Part shown: positions 52,635-64,000 of the stretch, in pieces
Position numbering within the stretch: position 1 is the stretch's first letter
Layout of the letters: each line of letters starts with the position of its first letter
NCBI GenBank assembly: GCA_020137815.1
Contig: CM035361.1
Coordinates: 3,596,001-3,660,000 of the forward strand
Length of the DNA stretch: 64,000 nt
Reading direction: 5' to 3'
DNA from: Hormiphora californensis
Lineage: Eukaryota > Animalia > Ctenophora
Program-made: the position numbers and the translations under genes
The notes under the pieces: generated by a model
Told to the model about the DNA's origin: nothing
Seen by the model: the letters and a program-made list of their open reading frames with translations, nothing else
Databases searched by the model: none

Positions 52635-53055
52635 TAACATCTTGCCAGCGCCCACGTCGCACGTGCCAATGCACCGCGCACATCAGGCGTTCACAACTGA
52701 ACGCCTGCTAATTTGAAGAACCAACCAAAATTTTCAGTGTGATTCAGTCTGGATCTTCGAAGCAATTGTTTCGAAGATTCTGGTGTGATTGCGTCCTCAG
52801 TTATGTGTAATAAATAGCCTTAATTTGAGTTTCTCTACGATTTTCATGGCAGGGTAAATTAATTGACAAGGATCTACAATCTAATCTCTATCTTGACAAT
52901 ATATCAGGACATCATGGGTGGCAGAAATATAAGTTCAGAGTTCGGGACAGCTTGTCGTTTGGGTTATAAGACGTATACGTCTATAAAGAGGGAGAATAAA
53001 CTTAAATCTACACGCGCCATGCTTTGCGTGATCTGATCGATTAAAGGGAGGATAG

Positions 53056-53217
<162 letters not shown>

Positions 53218-55086
53218 CTCTGCCCTAGTGATCTGCCCTGATGCTCTGCCGTGTATGTGATGGAGAATAAACTTTAAATCTACGCGCTATGCTCTGCGTG
53301 ATCTGACCGATTAAAGGGAGGGAGAGAGAGAGGTGTCTCTGTCTTGATGCTCTGCTGTCAAACAATACGATAAAAGTGAGAGACATGTATTAGACTTATA
53401 TATAGTAAGAGGAGGCTGCTTTAACTCTTCAATACGGGTTAACACTTTGAGCTGGGGAGTGTACAACTCTTAGTTTTATCATCCGCCAACAACAAAAATA
53501 ACAAAGATCTGGACAAAACTAAAAAACAAACGAATAGTGGAGAAGACAGATCTATAATAGGGAAGAAAACAAAGAAATGGATGAGGAGAAAGGATCAGTG
53601 TCAAAGATCCTTCTTCCTCACTATTGATTCCGGGAATACTAAGCTGAGTGGACCTATATGGAGCGTTCTGTCAGAGCATTGGCCTGACCCTATAATAGTA
53701 TGGACTTTCTGTCAGAGCATTGGCCTGACCCTAATAATAGTATGATTGATCCCGGGAATAATAAGCTGAGTGGGTATATGGATCTATAATGGAGCATTGG
53801 CCTGACCCTATAATTCTCATTTTTCTGCACACGGAGCGCGCAAGAACTCTGGTCAGAGCATTGGCCTGACAGTGGACATTAGCTATGCAGTAGATCTAAG
53901 AACGCTAGAAGAAATAAAATTATTCCCTGTCATAATAAATGCACTATTATTTGGAGCTGCTCCAAAGAAATTGAGAAAGGTAAAAAAAGAAGGGGAACAC
54001 ATTGTAAAAAAGCCCTTGAGTTTCTAAATTTTTTTCGTTTGAGGGTAAAAATACTCGTAGCCGACAAGATTCTACATTCTAACGTCTCTACCTTGATTGT
54101 ATTGTGGGGCCAATGAATTGTCCCACTGTAAATCCCGAGTCATCTAAATACCACGTGACTTGTTGATCATAATAAACCATATGATCTTCCCAATTATACT
54201 GCAGCAGTTCCAGTCTCTGACCCGGTATGGCACCAGCTCCCCAAGTCTCTTTGGGCCGAAGCAGCTTGGCAAAATACCAGTCAAAGCACCCAGGACTGGG
54301 AACGGGAGTCTCATGCATTAGACACCTCCCTGCAGTATTGCAGTCTGTGACCTGGTATGACGTTAGCTCCCCAATTCTCTTTGGGCTGAAGCAGCTGGCC
54401 ACACACCAGTCACATTGTAGTTAAGAAAGAAGAAGTTCCAGTCTCTCAATCTAAACCAATTGGAAAGTGTTAATCAAATCCGCTGCCGAGGAGGAGTTCC
54501 AGTTCACAGAGAGGAAATCCAGTACGTGCCGGTATAACAACTCGACATGATAATTAGCGGCAAATCTATCACCTCCGTGGATCAGGGGACAGAACAATGA
54601 ACTTCACCTGTTGACGCTGATCGCAACTTCTACCACAAGGATGAAGGAGGACTGGATCCTATTGGCCCGCCCTAGTCACGTGATGTCCAGAGGATCCGCA
54701 GTTAAAAGGACGAGACGAGCACCCTGGGACACGATGTTGTTTGTCAGACACTTTCTGAGGCCAAAGCACAGTTTAAACTACCTTACAGTTTAACTTCTAG
54801 TTTCGTGTTAGGAACCACTTGTGTTTTGTCTTTGTACTCGTACCGAAAGTTGTAAATCACCGTTTCCCCATTTCCCTCACTCACAACAAGGTCATGGGTA
54901 GCGAGACCGGTAACACCTCCGCTACAAATGGTGCTGTGACCAGGATACAAACCTGGGGCCTTCCAACCCACTACACATGGTGCGGAAGAAGCTCAACTAG
55001 ACCAAGAGTTCGACGATCTCCTGAAACAAGAGAATCTCGAGACACTGCCAGCTGAAAACAAACTGGCTGTCAAAGCTCTCCTCAAA

Positions 55087-56115
55087 ATGCAGAGAGCATT
55101 GGCTGTGAAAGATGTTAGGTCGGAAAAAGAAGTACGACTAATCACAGCGGGGCTCAAGAAACCAGCCACGTTTACACCCTCTACGATGACGATACGGCAA
55201 TTCATCTTCGTATACGAGGCATATGCAGATGCCATGGGCATGACCGAAACCACTGCCATCAAAGGATTCATTTCCTTCCTCGACCCAAAATCTGTCGAGC
55301 GACTGACACACGCTGTAGGAAGTCTAGACAAATCTTCCTGGGACGCCTATAAACTAAGTGTCTGTGAACTATTGGAAGATAGCTCTAAATACAACACGCT
55401 ATCTGCGAGGTTCAATTTACGGTTTGTTAAACAAAAGACCGGTGAAACAGTCCATGAATTTGGAGAAAGGTTGAGAGACCTTGGAAACATTGGGTTCCCT
55501 GGGATAGATGCAAACACAGTATCTAACCGAGAAGCAGCATTGAAAGACACTTTAGCGGCAGGCATCACAAACGATGACATCGGAGTTCAGCTGATTAGCA
55601 CCATGGCCGTCAAAACCTTTGATGAGCTGCTCAAACAAGCAATCACTCTAGACATATCTCACCAAGCCCGGAAAACCATACGGGTACGTGAGGATAATGT
55701 TGATGTCTCAGTCCTACGCACTGATTGGACTCGAGAAGGAGAAAACAGCACCTCGAGACACCCCGGCCAGACACACGGCACGTATAGACAAGATGGGTAT
55801 CGAAACACCCAAAATAACATGGAGTGTTGGTTTTGTGGCAATCTTGGCCATTTCAAGAGAGACTGTAGAGCACTTCAGAGATACCTTGAAGGCAGCCGCA
55901 GTAGTTCCAACTCCCACACACAGGGAGAGAATAAAAGGTTCGCACAACCTACTCCGAGACCTTTGGGTTTTAACCCATACCCTGATAACCCTTTGTTGTG
56001 TGTTAGATGTTGTACCCCAGTGGGAGGACGAGAAAACAATTTCCCGCGTAACCACACTGTTGCACAGTCTCAACATAACACACATGTTGCAGACGAATTC
56101 AACTCTTTTAACTAG
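55087..56115 (+). CDS. gag: Retrotransposon Gag with CCHC zinc knuckle
   Basis: QKTGETVHEFGERL major-homology-like region; CWFCGNLGHFKRDC. The true start may lie slightly upstream. Confidence 0.9.
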   Translation: MQRALAVKDVRSEKEVRLITAGLKKPATFTPSTMTIRQFIFVYEAYADAMGMTETTAIKGFISFLDPKSVERLTHAVGSLDKSSWDAYKLSVCELLEDSSKYNTLSARFNLRFVKQKTGETVHEFGERLRDLGNIGFPGIDANTVSNREAALKDTLAAGITNDDIGVQLISTMAVKTFDELLKQAITLDISHQARKTIRVREDNVDVSVLRTDWTREGENSTSRHPGQTHGTYRQDGYRNTQNNMECWFCGNLGHFKRDCRALQRYLEGSRSSSNSHTQGENKRFAQPTPRPLGFNPYPDNPLLCVRCCTPVGGRENNFPRNHTVAQSQHNTHVADEFNSFN

Positions 56116-57002
56116 AGAAGCGCTCTGCAAATACAGGGAGAGGTGCAAAATAAACGTTGTTATTGAGAGATTAAAGAAACTTGAACACTCTGTGCACCTA
56201 GTTCAATATACACCTAGGCAGTACCTAGTAGGTACAGATATACGGATGGCGGGTTCCGTTTTTAAATACCAGCCGGAACAGTCTTATCTAGATGGCACAC
56301 ACTTTTGAAGCACTTAGGAAGACCCCTAAGTCTTTCCAACCCCCCCCCCCACCGCTAACCACCCAAATAGCTAGCTCTGAGGTGACGGTATGTTCACCTT
56401 CAAAGAAGAGGATCCTATCCTGGAAGCCCTGAAGCGGAAGCAGAACTGGAATAGGATGATTACACAACCAGTTGCAGTATGACACCTGGTGACGAACTGT
56501 TCATGATTGCGGCAGACGAAATAGAGAAAAACTAGGAGACATAGAGGAACAAGAAGACGTGCAAGACAGCCGGAGCTGGTATGATGATAGAGGAAAAGAT
56601 AGACGTACGAGAGGGATGAAGGAGACAGCACGAAGCTGAACTACCTGGGTGGAGGCGATTTCCCACCGGAGTGGATAACCACTGGACTCAGCAGGAGTCG
56701 CTTATGGTCATGGCCTGGTTGGACAACAGCATGTTAGCCTTGTGGATAGTGGAACGAATTGTAATGGAATCGTTGTTGGTCCAACAGGCACAGGAGGGAT
56801 GGTGCAGGGATTGAACCGCATGTTTGCTCGGGGAGGATCACTGGGACTCATCACTCCTTAGGTGATGCCCCTTGAGTAATTTGATGAGTATGTGTGTTTA
56901 GTGCCTTCCACCATTACCCCCAAGTTTACCTCTCTCATCGTCTACTGACGAAAGATACCCATGCTCAAGTTTACTTGACTAAAGTGGCACTCACACTACT
57001 GA

Positions 57003-57292
57003 TTGCACTCCCACTGGAGACAAGTGGTCGAGTGGGTGTTTGCACTCCCACTGGAGACAAGTGGTCGAGTGGTTGTTTACACTCCCACTGGAAACAAGTG
57101 GTCGAGTGGTTGTTTGCACTCCCACTGTAAACAAGTGGTCGAGTGGTTGTTTACACTCCCACTGTAAACAAGTGGTCGAGTCGTTGATTGCACTCCCACG
57201 GTAAACAAGTGGTCGAGTGGTTGTTTGCACTCCCATGGTATGTGGTCGAGTGGTTGTTTGCACTCCCACGGTAAACAAGTGGTCGAGTGGTT
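57003..57292. repeat. ~37-bp minisatellite (~8 copies) inside the LTR element
   Basis: TTGTTTGCACTCCCACTGTAAACAAGTGGTCGAGTGG units, with no unique spacers. Confidence 0.9.
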
Positions 57293-58177
57293 GAGATTGA
57301 ACTTGAAAGTACTCTGACAGAATACACTTCATCGAATGTTACGAGCTCCCAAAGAATACAAATGGTCGAGCCACGATCTAATCAGTGAGAACCACACTGA
57401 AAAGGGAAATACCAGCCCTGTGATTAATTTCAGGCCAACAAAACTTGCTTTGTTTGACCTTCCTCCCGCGTTTGAACAAAAGAAAACGTTGTGAGAGGCG
57501 ATAGAACATGATGGCTGAAGAATCACTTGGCTAAACAGTCCAATCTAGTACATGTTCCTTGTTTTCTCTCCGGTCGATAAAAACCACCGACCCAGGTCCT
57601 AGCCGTCATTTAACATGGATGGTTTGACATTTATTTAAAATTCTCGAGACGAGATCAATGATATGAGAAACTGCTTCGCTGACACTAGCAATGACACTGC
57701 TCTATTTTGCTCGGAGGAGGGGTGGATGAGGGAATAAACAACCCACACCCCGGTGATTAAAAAGATACTGCTCTGATAAAGCATGAACAAACCTTATTGA
57801 TTTACAAACGCTACCATACACAGAGGGGCGGATGTGGGGCCAATGAATTGTCCCACTGTAAATCCCGAGTCATCTAAATACCACGTGACTTGTTGATCAT
57901 AATAAACCATATGATCTTCCCAATTATACTGCAGCAGTTCCAGTCTCTGACCCGGTATGGCACCAGCTCCCCAAGTCTCTTTGGGCCGAAGCAGCTTGGC
58001 AAAATACCAGTCAAAGCACCCAGGACTGGGAACGGGAGTCTCATGCATTAGACACCTCCCTGCAGTATTGCAGTCTGTGACCTGGTATGACGTTAGCTCC
58101 CCAATTCTCTTTGGGCTGAAGCAGCTGGCCACACACCAGTCACATTGTAGAAGAAAGAAGAAGTTCCAGTCTCTCAA

Positions 58178-58776
58178 TCATACTACTTACTATTCAAATT
58201 GTCAGTGCTACATCACCTAGCAACTACACCTGCACGTGCAATTATTAGAGCAACTTAGAAACCTCACTCCCAGTTGCAGTTTTGGGTACTAAGGGAAATT
58301 CAATTCTGCACGTGCATTCTTTTACTTTTGTCCTGATGTCTAACTCTTCAACCCCAAGCGCTATTCGGCAACGGTCATCTGGGTCCGGAAGATCTGCTGC
58401 TGTCAGAGAGCAGGCCAGAGAATATGACAGATTACGCCAACATGTTCAAGCGAGCCAATCAACGACTACTGATAGCTTTACCCAACGTCGCCCAAGGGTG
58501 ATTACTCCAATCGAATATAGAAATCTCTGAATTGGCTACATAGCGGCCAAGTTTTCACGTGATGAGTTTCTGTAACAGCACTGAACCTCCCGGCTCCCTG
58601 ACATTGATTTTTTAAATTCGCACCTTGACATTGTCAGGAAGCCAAGAGCGTACAACAACATGGGTAGGGAGAAAGTGAGAGATAGGCTAGGAACGGATGG
58701 TGCAGGTGATGTCAGCGTTCCCTAATCCAGCTACCATTTCCCCGAAATTCGCCCGTAGGGCGAACGGGCCTACTAG
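58178..58776 (+). mobile_element. Non-autonomous Helitron inserted in the 3' LTR
   Basis: Absent from the 5' LTR (CTCAA^TCTAAACC). 5' TC, 3' hairpin plus CTAG, A^T target, no TSD. Confidence 0.92.
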
Positions 58777-59549
58777 TCTAAACCAATTGGAAAGTGTTAA
58801 TCAAATCCGCTGCCGAGGAGGAGTTCCAGTTCACAGAGAGGAAATCCAGTACGTGCCGGTATAACAACTCGACATGATAAGCGGCAAATCTATCACCTCC
58901 GTGGATCAGGGGACAGAACAATGAACTTCACCTGTTGACGCTGATCGCAACTTCTACCACAAGGATGAAGGAGGACTGGATCCTATTGGCCCGCCCTAGT
59001 CACGTGATGTCCAGAGGATCCGCAGTTAAAAGGACGAGACGAGCACCCTGGGACACGATGTTGTTTGTCAGACACTTTCTGAGGCCAAAGCACAGTTTAA
59101 ACTACCTTACAGTTTAACTTCTAGTTTCGTGTTAGGAACCACTTGTGTTTTGTCTTTGTACTCGTACCGAAAGTTGTAAATCACCGTTTCCCCATTTCCC
59201 TCACTCACAACAAGGTCATGGGTAGCGAGACCGGTAACACCTCCGCTACAGTATCAGGTGGTGGAAATATAAGTTCGGGATGCAGCTTGTATGTGATGGA
59301 GAATAAACTTTAAATCTACGCGCTATGCTCTGCGTGATCTGACCGATTAAAGGGAAGGAGAGAGAGAGGTGTCTCTGTCTTGATGCTCTGCTGTCAAACA
59401 ATACGATAAAAGTAAGAGACATGTGTTAGACTATAGAGTAAGAGAAGGCTGCTTTAACTCTTCAATACGGGTTAACACTTTGAGCTGGGGAGTGTACAAC
59501 TCTTAGTTTTATCATCCGCCAACAACAAAAATAACAAAGATAAAATAAC

Positions 59550-60168
<619 letters not shown>

Positions 60169-61033
60169 AAGGAGAAGAAAACGATTTATTGTGTTCCCCT
60201 ACAATGTAGGGAGCGCAATAAATAGTTTTCTCCTACATGAGCCTTCATGATCTGGACAAAACTAAATAACAAACGAATAGTGGAGAAGACAGATCTATAG
60301 GGAAGAAAACAAAGAAATGGATGAGGAGAAAGGATCAGTGTCAAAGATCCTTCTTCCTCACTATTGATTCCGGGAATACTAAGCTGAGTGGGTATATGGA
60401 TCCATGGAGCATTGGCCTGACCCTATTATTATTTTTCTGCACACGGAGCGCGCAAGAACTCTGGTCAGAGCATTGGCCTGACAGTTGACATTGGCTATGC
60501 AGTAGATCTAAGAACGCTAGAAGAAATAAAATTATTCCCTGTCATAATAAATGCACTATTATTTGGAGCTGCTCCAAAGAAATTGAGAAAGGTAAAAAAA
60601 AGAAGGGGAACACATTGTAAAAAAGCCCTTGAGTTTCTAAATTTTTTTCGTTTGAGGGTAAAAATACTCGTAGCCGACAAGATTCTACATTCTAACGTCT
60701 CTACCTTGATTGTATCAGGTGGTGGAAATATAAGTTCGGGATGCAGCTTGTATGTGATGGAGAATAAACTTTAAATCTACGCGCTATGCTCTGCGTGATC
60801 TGACCGATTAAAGGGAGGGAGAGAGAGAGGTGTCTCTGTCTTGATGCTCTGCTGTCAAACAATACGATAAAAGTAAGAGACATGCGTTAAACTATAGAGT
60901 AAGAGAAGGCTGCTTCAACACGGGTTAACACTTTAAGCTATAGGGAGTGTAAAACTCTTAGTTTTATCATCCGCCAACAACAGAGATAAAACAACGAAGT
61001 ACTACAATCAACAGTATATTAACCCAGTTCTTG

Positions 61034-61316
61034 TTACCTAACGGACCAAGATCCTCTCAAAGGCAAAACGTTACCTACCCGACCAAGATCCTCTCAAAGG
61101 CAAAACGTTACCTACCCGACCAAGACCCTTTCAAAGGCAAAACGTTACCTAACGGACCAAGATCCTCTCAAAGGCAAAACGTTACCTAACGGACCAAGAT
61201 CCTCTCAAAGGCAAAACGTTACCTACCCGACCAAGACCCTCTCAAAGGCAAAACGTTACCTACCCAACCAAGACCCTCTCAAAGGCAAAACGTTACCTAA
61301 CGGACCAAGATCCTCT
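61034..61316. repeat. 37-bp minisatellite, ~7.5 copies
   Basis: GTTACCTAACGGACCAAGATCCTCTCAAAGGCAAAAC units. Confidence 0.92.
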
Positions 61317-62117
61317 AAAATGTTCCAGAAATTTAAACCATGAGTCTCTTTCTCTCAGGGGAGAGAAAGGGACTCTGCAGCGCCATAGTTACCACATACC
61401 CGGGTTGGTATGGGGGTTTGCTGAGCGTATCCCATGGTTCAGTGACAAACAAACAAACAAAGAAGTATATTAAACCAGCCTTGAGAAAGATATTTAATTT
61501 TAATTTCAATAAAACTAATGACTATTAGTCACTGGCTGAATATGATCTTTTATAAGGGTCAGCACACACCAACGTTAAAATTAAAATTAATATTTTGATT
61601 ATTACGCCGCAAAAATTTTAACACCCGTTAAACTGGCGCACGAGATCGTTACTTTTAGAATGGGGGAGGGAAATTCTAACGGCCGTTGGTGTGTGCGGCG
61701 CCAAAAAAGGCAAAAGAATCCCGGACCCTGGTTGATATTAGGGGAAAAGGGTTGAGATTGGATTAATTTTATGCGATTTGCCAGACTCCATTAATATTAA
61801 ACGATTAAACGAACTTTATAATCAAAGACACCTATTATAACATCTGCATGTGTAGCTTGTGGAAACACCCATATAACGTCCTCCTGTACATCACATAAGA
61901 ATACTTTTAATTAAATGCGGGAAGATCAAAACATGTTCAACTTTGCTTTTTCTTTCCCGTCGTGTTTTAACGAAACAGGGTCTACCTACTGCTAGGCTGG
62001 GATGCAGTAGCACAGTTCAGTTTTTCAATTGGGGTTATTTCGAGTCTTTTTAGCGAGCAGAAGACCTTTATACGACTTCAGGGGACTTCGCGTGGGGGGG
62101 GGGGGGCAGGGGCAATA

Positions 62118-62340
62118 CCCTAGTAAAAAAGCAGCCTGGCGTTGCTTTTTGAGCGAAAAGCTTGGCATCTGAGCCAGCCTTCTCAGCTCCGTCGATAGCC
62201 ACCCCAAAGGCGAAGTGCGCTCACTTCGCCTAGCTTTTCATGGGGTGCAGGTTATCGACGGAGACTAGCCTGGCTCAGACGCCAAGCTTTTCGCTCAAAA
62301 AGCCACGCTTTCGCGACGCGCAGCCAGGCTATTTTTCTAT
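62118..62340. repeat. Imperfect palindromic MITE-like element
   Basis: GCTTTTTGAGCGAAAAGCTTGGC pairs with GCCAAGCTTTTCGCTCAAAAAGC. Confidence 0.65.
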
Positions 62341-63786
62341 CTCTTACTATGTTTTGACAGAGGGGAGGGGGGTCTTTAAATCAATATACAGTAGTTATAA
62401 CTGCAGTTCCCCAATGGTGTATTATTTTAATAGATATATAGTTGTAGAAATTCGGTCCGACAACTATTAGAGGGGGGAATGATCCTCGGGCCTGTCCTAG
62501 GTAATTAAGGGCAGCCGTCTTTAGTGCGCGACGTGGTGGGCGGGTCATTAGTTGAGGTGCATCATGGTGGGTGGGAATTAATAAATCCCAATTACTATAT
62601 AGTATATTTAGTAGTACTCTATCTTCTATAACAGTATTACTTGCTATAGGCTTCAATGGGACAACAGTGTCAATAATTCGGTATGGAGAGGGGCTAAGGC
62701 GTTTCTCTCTCTCTTCTTTTCTCCTCTATAATCCTTCCATTCAAGGAGAAGAGAGAGAGAGAGGAGAGATGAGAGAAGAGAGAGAAGTAGAGATTGGAGA
62801 GAGCAGAGAGATAGAGACGAGCGGAAGAGAGGGAGAGAGACAGGAGGCATATTGATACGGAGACCGACGAGAGAGGACAGAGGACGGAGAAGACGCGTGC
62901 TTAAGGAGAGAGAGGCGAGAGGAGCAATTAGAGATAGAGAAGTAGGAAAGAGAGTATCTCGATCGCCGTCGATGGCTCGAGTATAGATCAGATATCAGCC
63001 TCATCTCTCGTCTCTCTCTCCCCGTGATACTGAGCTCTTTCGCTCTCTCTCTATTCTTGCCTCTCCCTCAAATAGAAAGATGACACTACTGTCACAGTGT
63101 CACAGTGGGTCAAACTAGGCCCCGGCCAGAGAAATCACACGTTTGTTAATTTCTTTTGTGTAGGTTTTCCTAGGCGATTCTTGTAACGTGCAGCAATTTC
63201 TTGTATTTGGTACGAGGGCAATATATCGAGAACCGAGTTAAACTCGCACCGGAGCCAACCATTCGAGCTGAACATATCATTGTTAGTGAGGGCTATTTGC
63301 CCCAAATGGTACTATATTTCATGATGACAATGAACTAATTGAAACTCGATGATCTTCCCGCATCGATTTGTTTTGTTCAACCCGTGCGCGAATGGCAGTC
63401 TACCTTGGCCTTGGCAAGGATCGATATGATATCCCTTGAATTGTTTTGCTCAAACCGGGGATCGATCAGACCTTGATCTGAATCCGATATATAGCCGCAT
63501 GAAATAATACTGCTATATAGTTATTATGACCGTACTGTCACACAATTCTGGGCTTTATTCAATGAACGAATCGGAATTAGATGTGGTCGTAAGAAAGGAA
63601 ACAATTCACTATCATGATAGTTCCAGACCAGCCCTGTTTCAAGAAAATAAAACAATACACACCTAGGTTACATTGTCTTGTTCAGACTCGTCGCTGCGAG
63701 AGAGTCTCGTACCTGTATGGCGCCATGGCAGAGTGGCGACAATATGGTTATCAGGGTAGGGGAAAAAGGAGAGAGGAGAGAGTGAG

Positions 63787-63873
<87 letters not shown>

Positions 63874-63921
63874 AGAGGGAGGAGAGAGAGAGAGAGAGAG
63901 AGAGTAGGAGAGAGAGAGGAG

Positions 63922-63952
<31 letters not shown>

Positions 63953-64000
63953 CGAGAGTATGAGGAGCCTCGCTATATCTCTCCTCTCTCTCTCTTCTCT

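Larger units (their letters stand above)
54103..59250 (+). mobile_element. Gag-only (pol-less) LTR retrotransposon, Ty3/Gypsy-like
   Basis: LTRs 54103-54926 and 57833-59250 (TG...CA, near identical apart from the Helitron). TSD GTAT. PBS TGGTGCTGTGACCAGGAT at 54929 (tRNA-His-like). PPT AGAGGGGCGGA at 57822. Empty site visible at ~60705-60720. Confidence 0.93.

Noticed and set aside
57003-57292. 37-bp repeats here and at 61034-61316 as CRISPR arrays
   Set aside because: Head-to-tail units without unique spacers, no cas genes, eukaryotic context.
57794-58177. Antisense ORF in both LTRs (also 54088-54402)
   Set aside because: Conservation only reflects LTR identity; no recognisable motif.
62700-64000. 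GA-rich ORFs and irregular GA tracts (also ~9560-9900, ~39140-39390)
   Set aside because: Microsatellites with probable base-calling noise.

Overview
Eukaryotic, intron-rich and repeat-rich animal genomic DNA. It resembles a ctenophore such as Pleurobrachia, but that is inference from recall and not verified. There is a 100-N scaffold gap at 37784-37883 and some noisy stretches. Most ORF-track entries are spurious, so genes were rebuilt by reading splice sites by hand. Genes found: (1) the 5' part of a two-pore-domain K+ channel (minus strand, runs off the left edge), head-to-head with (2) a PGAP2/Frag1-like membrane protein; (3) a ~33-exon adhesion GPCR (signal peptide, furin site, HRM-like domains, GAIN/GPS, 7TM) with one apparent frameshift; (4) two convergent paralogous genes for secreted modular proteins built from phase-1 exon cassettes, each cassette either a ~140-aa unrecognised beta-rich 'IPWDLE' domain with a hypervariable segment or a sushi/CCP domain; (5) a divergent, intron-containing RecQ-type helicase gene lying between those paralogues. 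Mobile DNA: a CR1-like LINE fragment, a Penelope-like element with inverted pseudo-LTR and hammerhead ribozymes, a gag-only LTR element, two non-autonomous Helitrons, a 2.5-kb non-coding poly(A) retroposon, and several MITE/foldback families, often nested. The strongest novelty candidates are the variable-domain/sushi cassette family, the orphan RecQ helicase, and a recurring pattern of tandem repeats built from splice sites.
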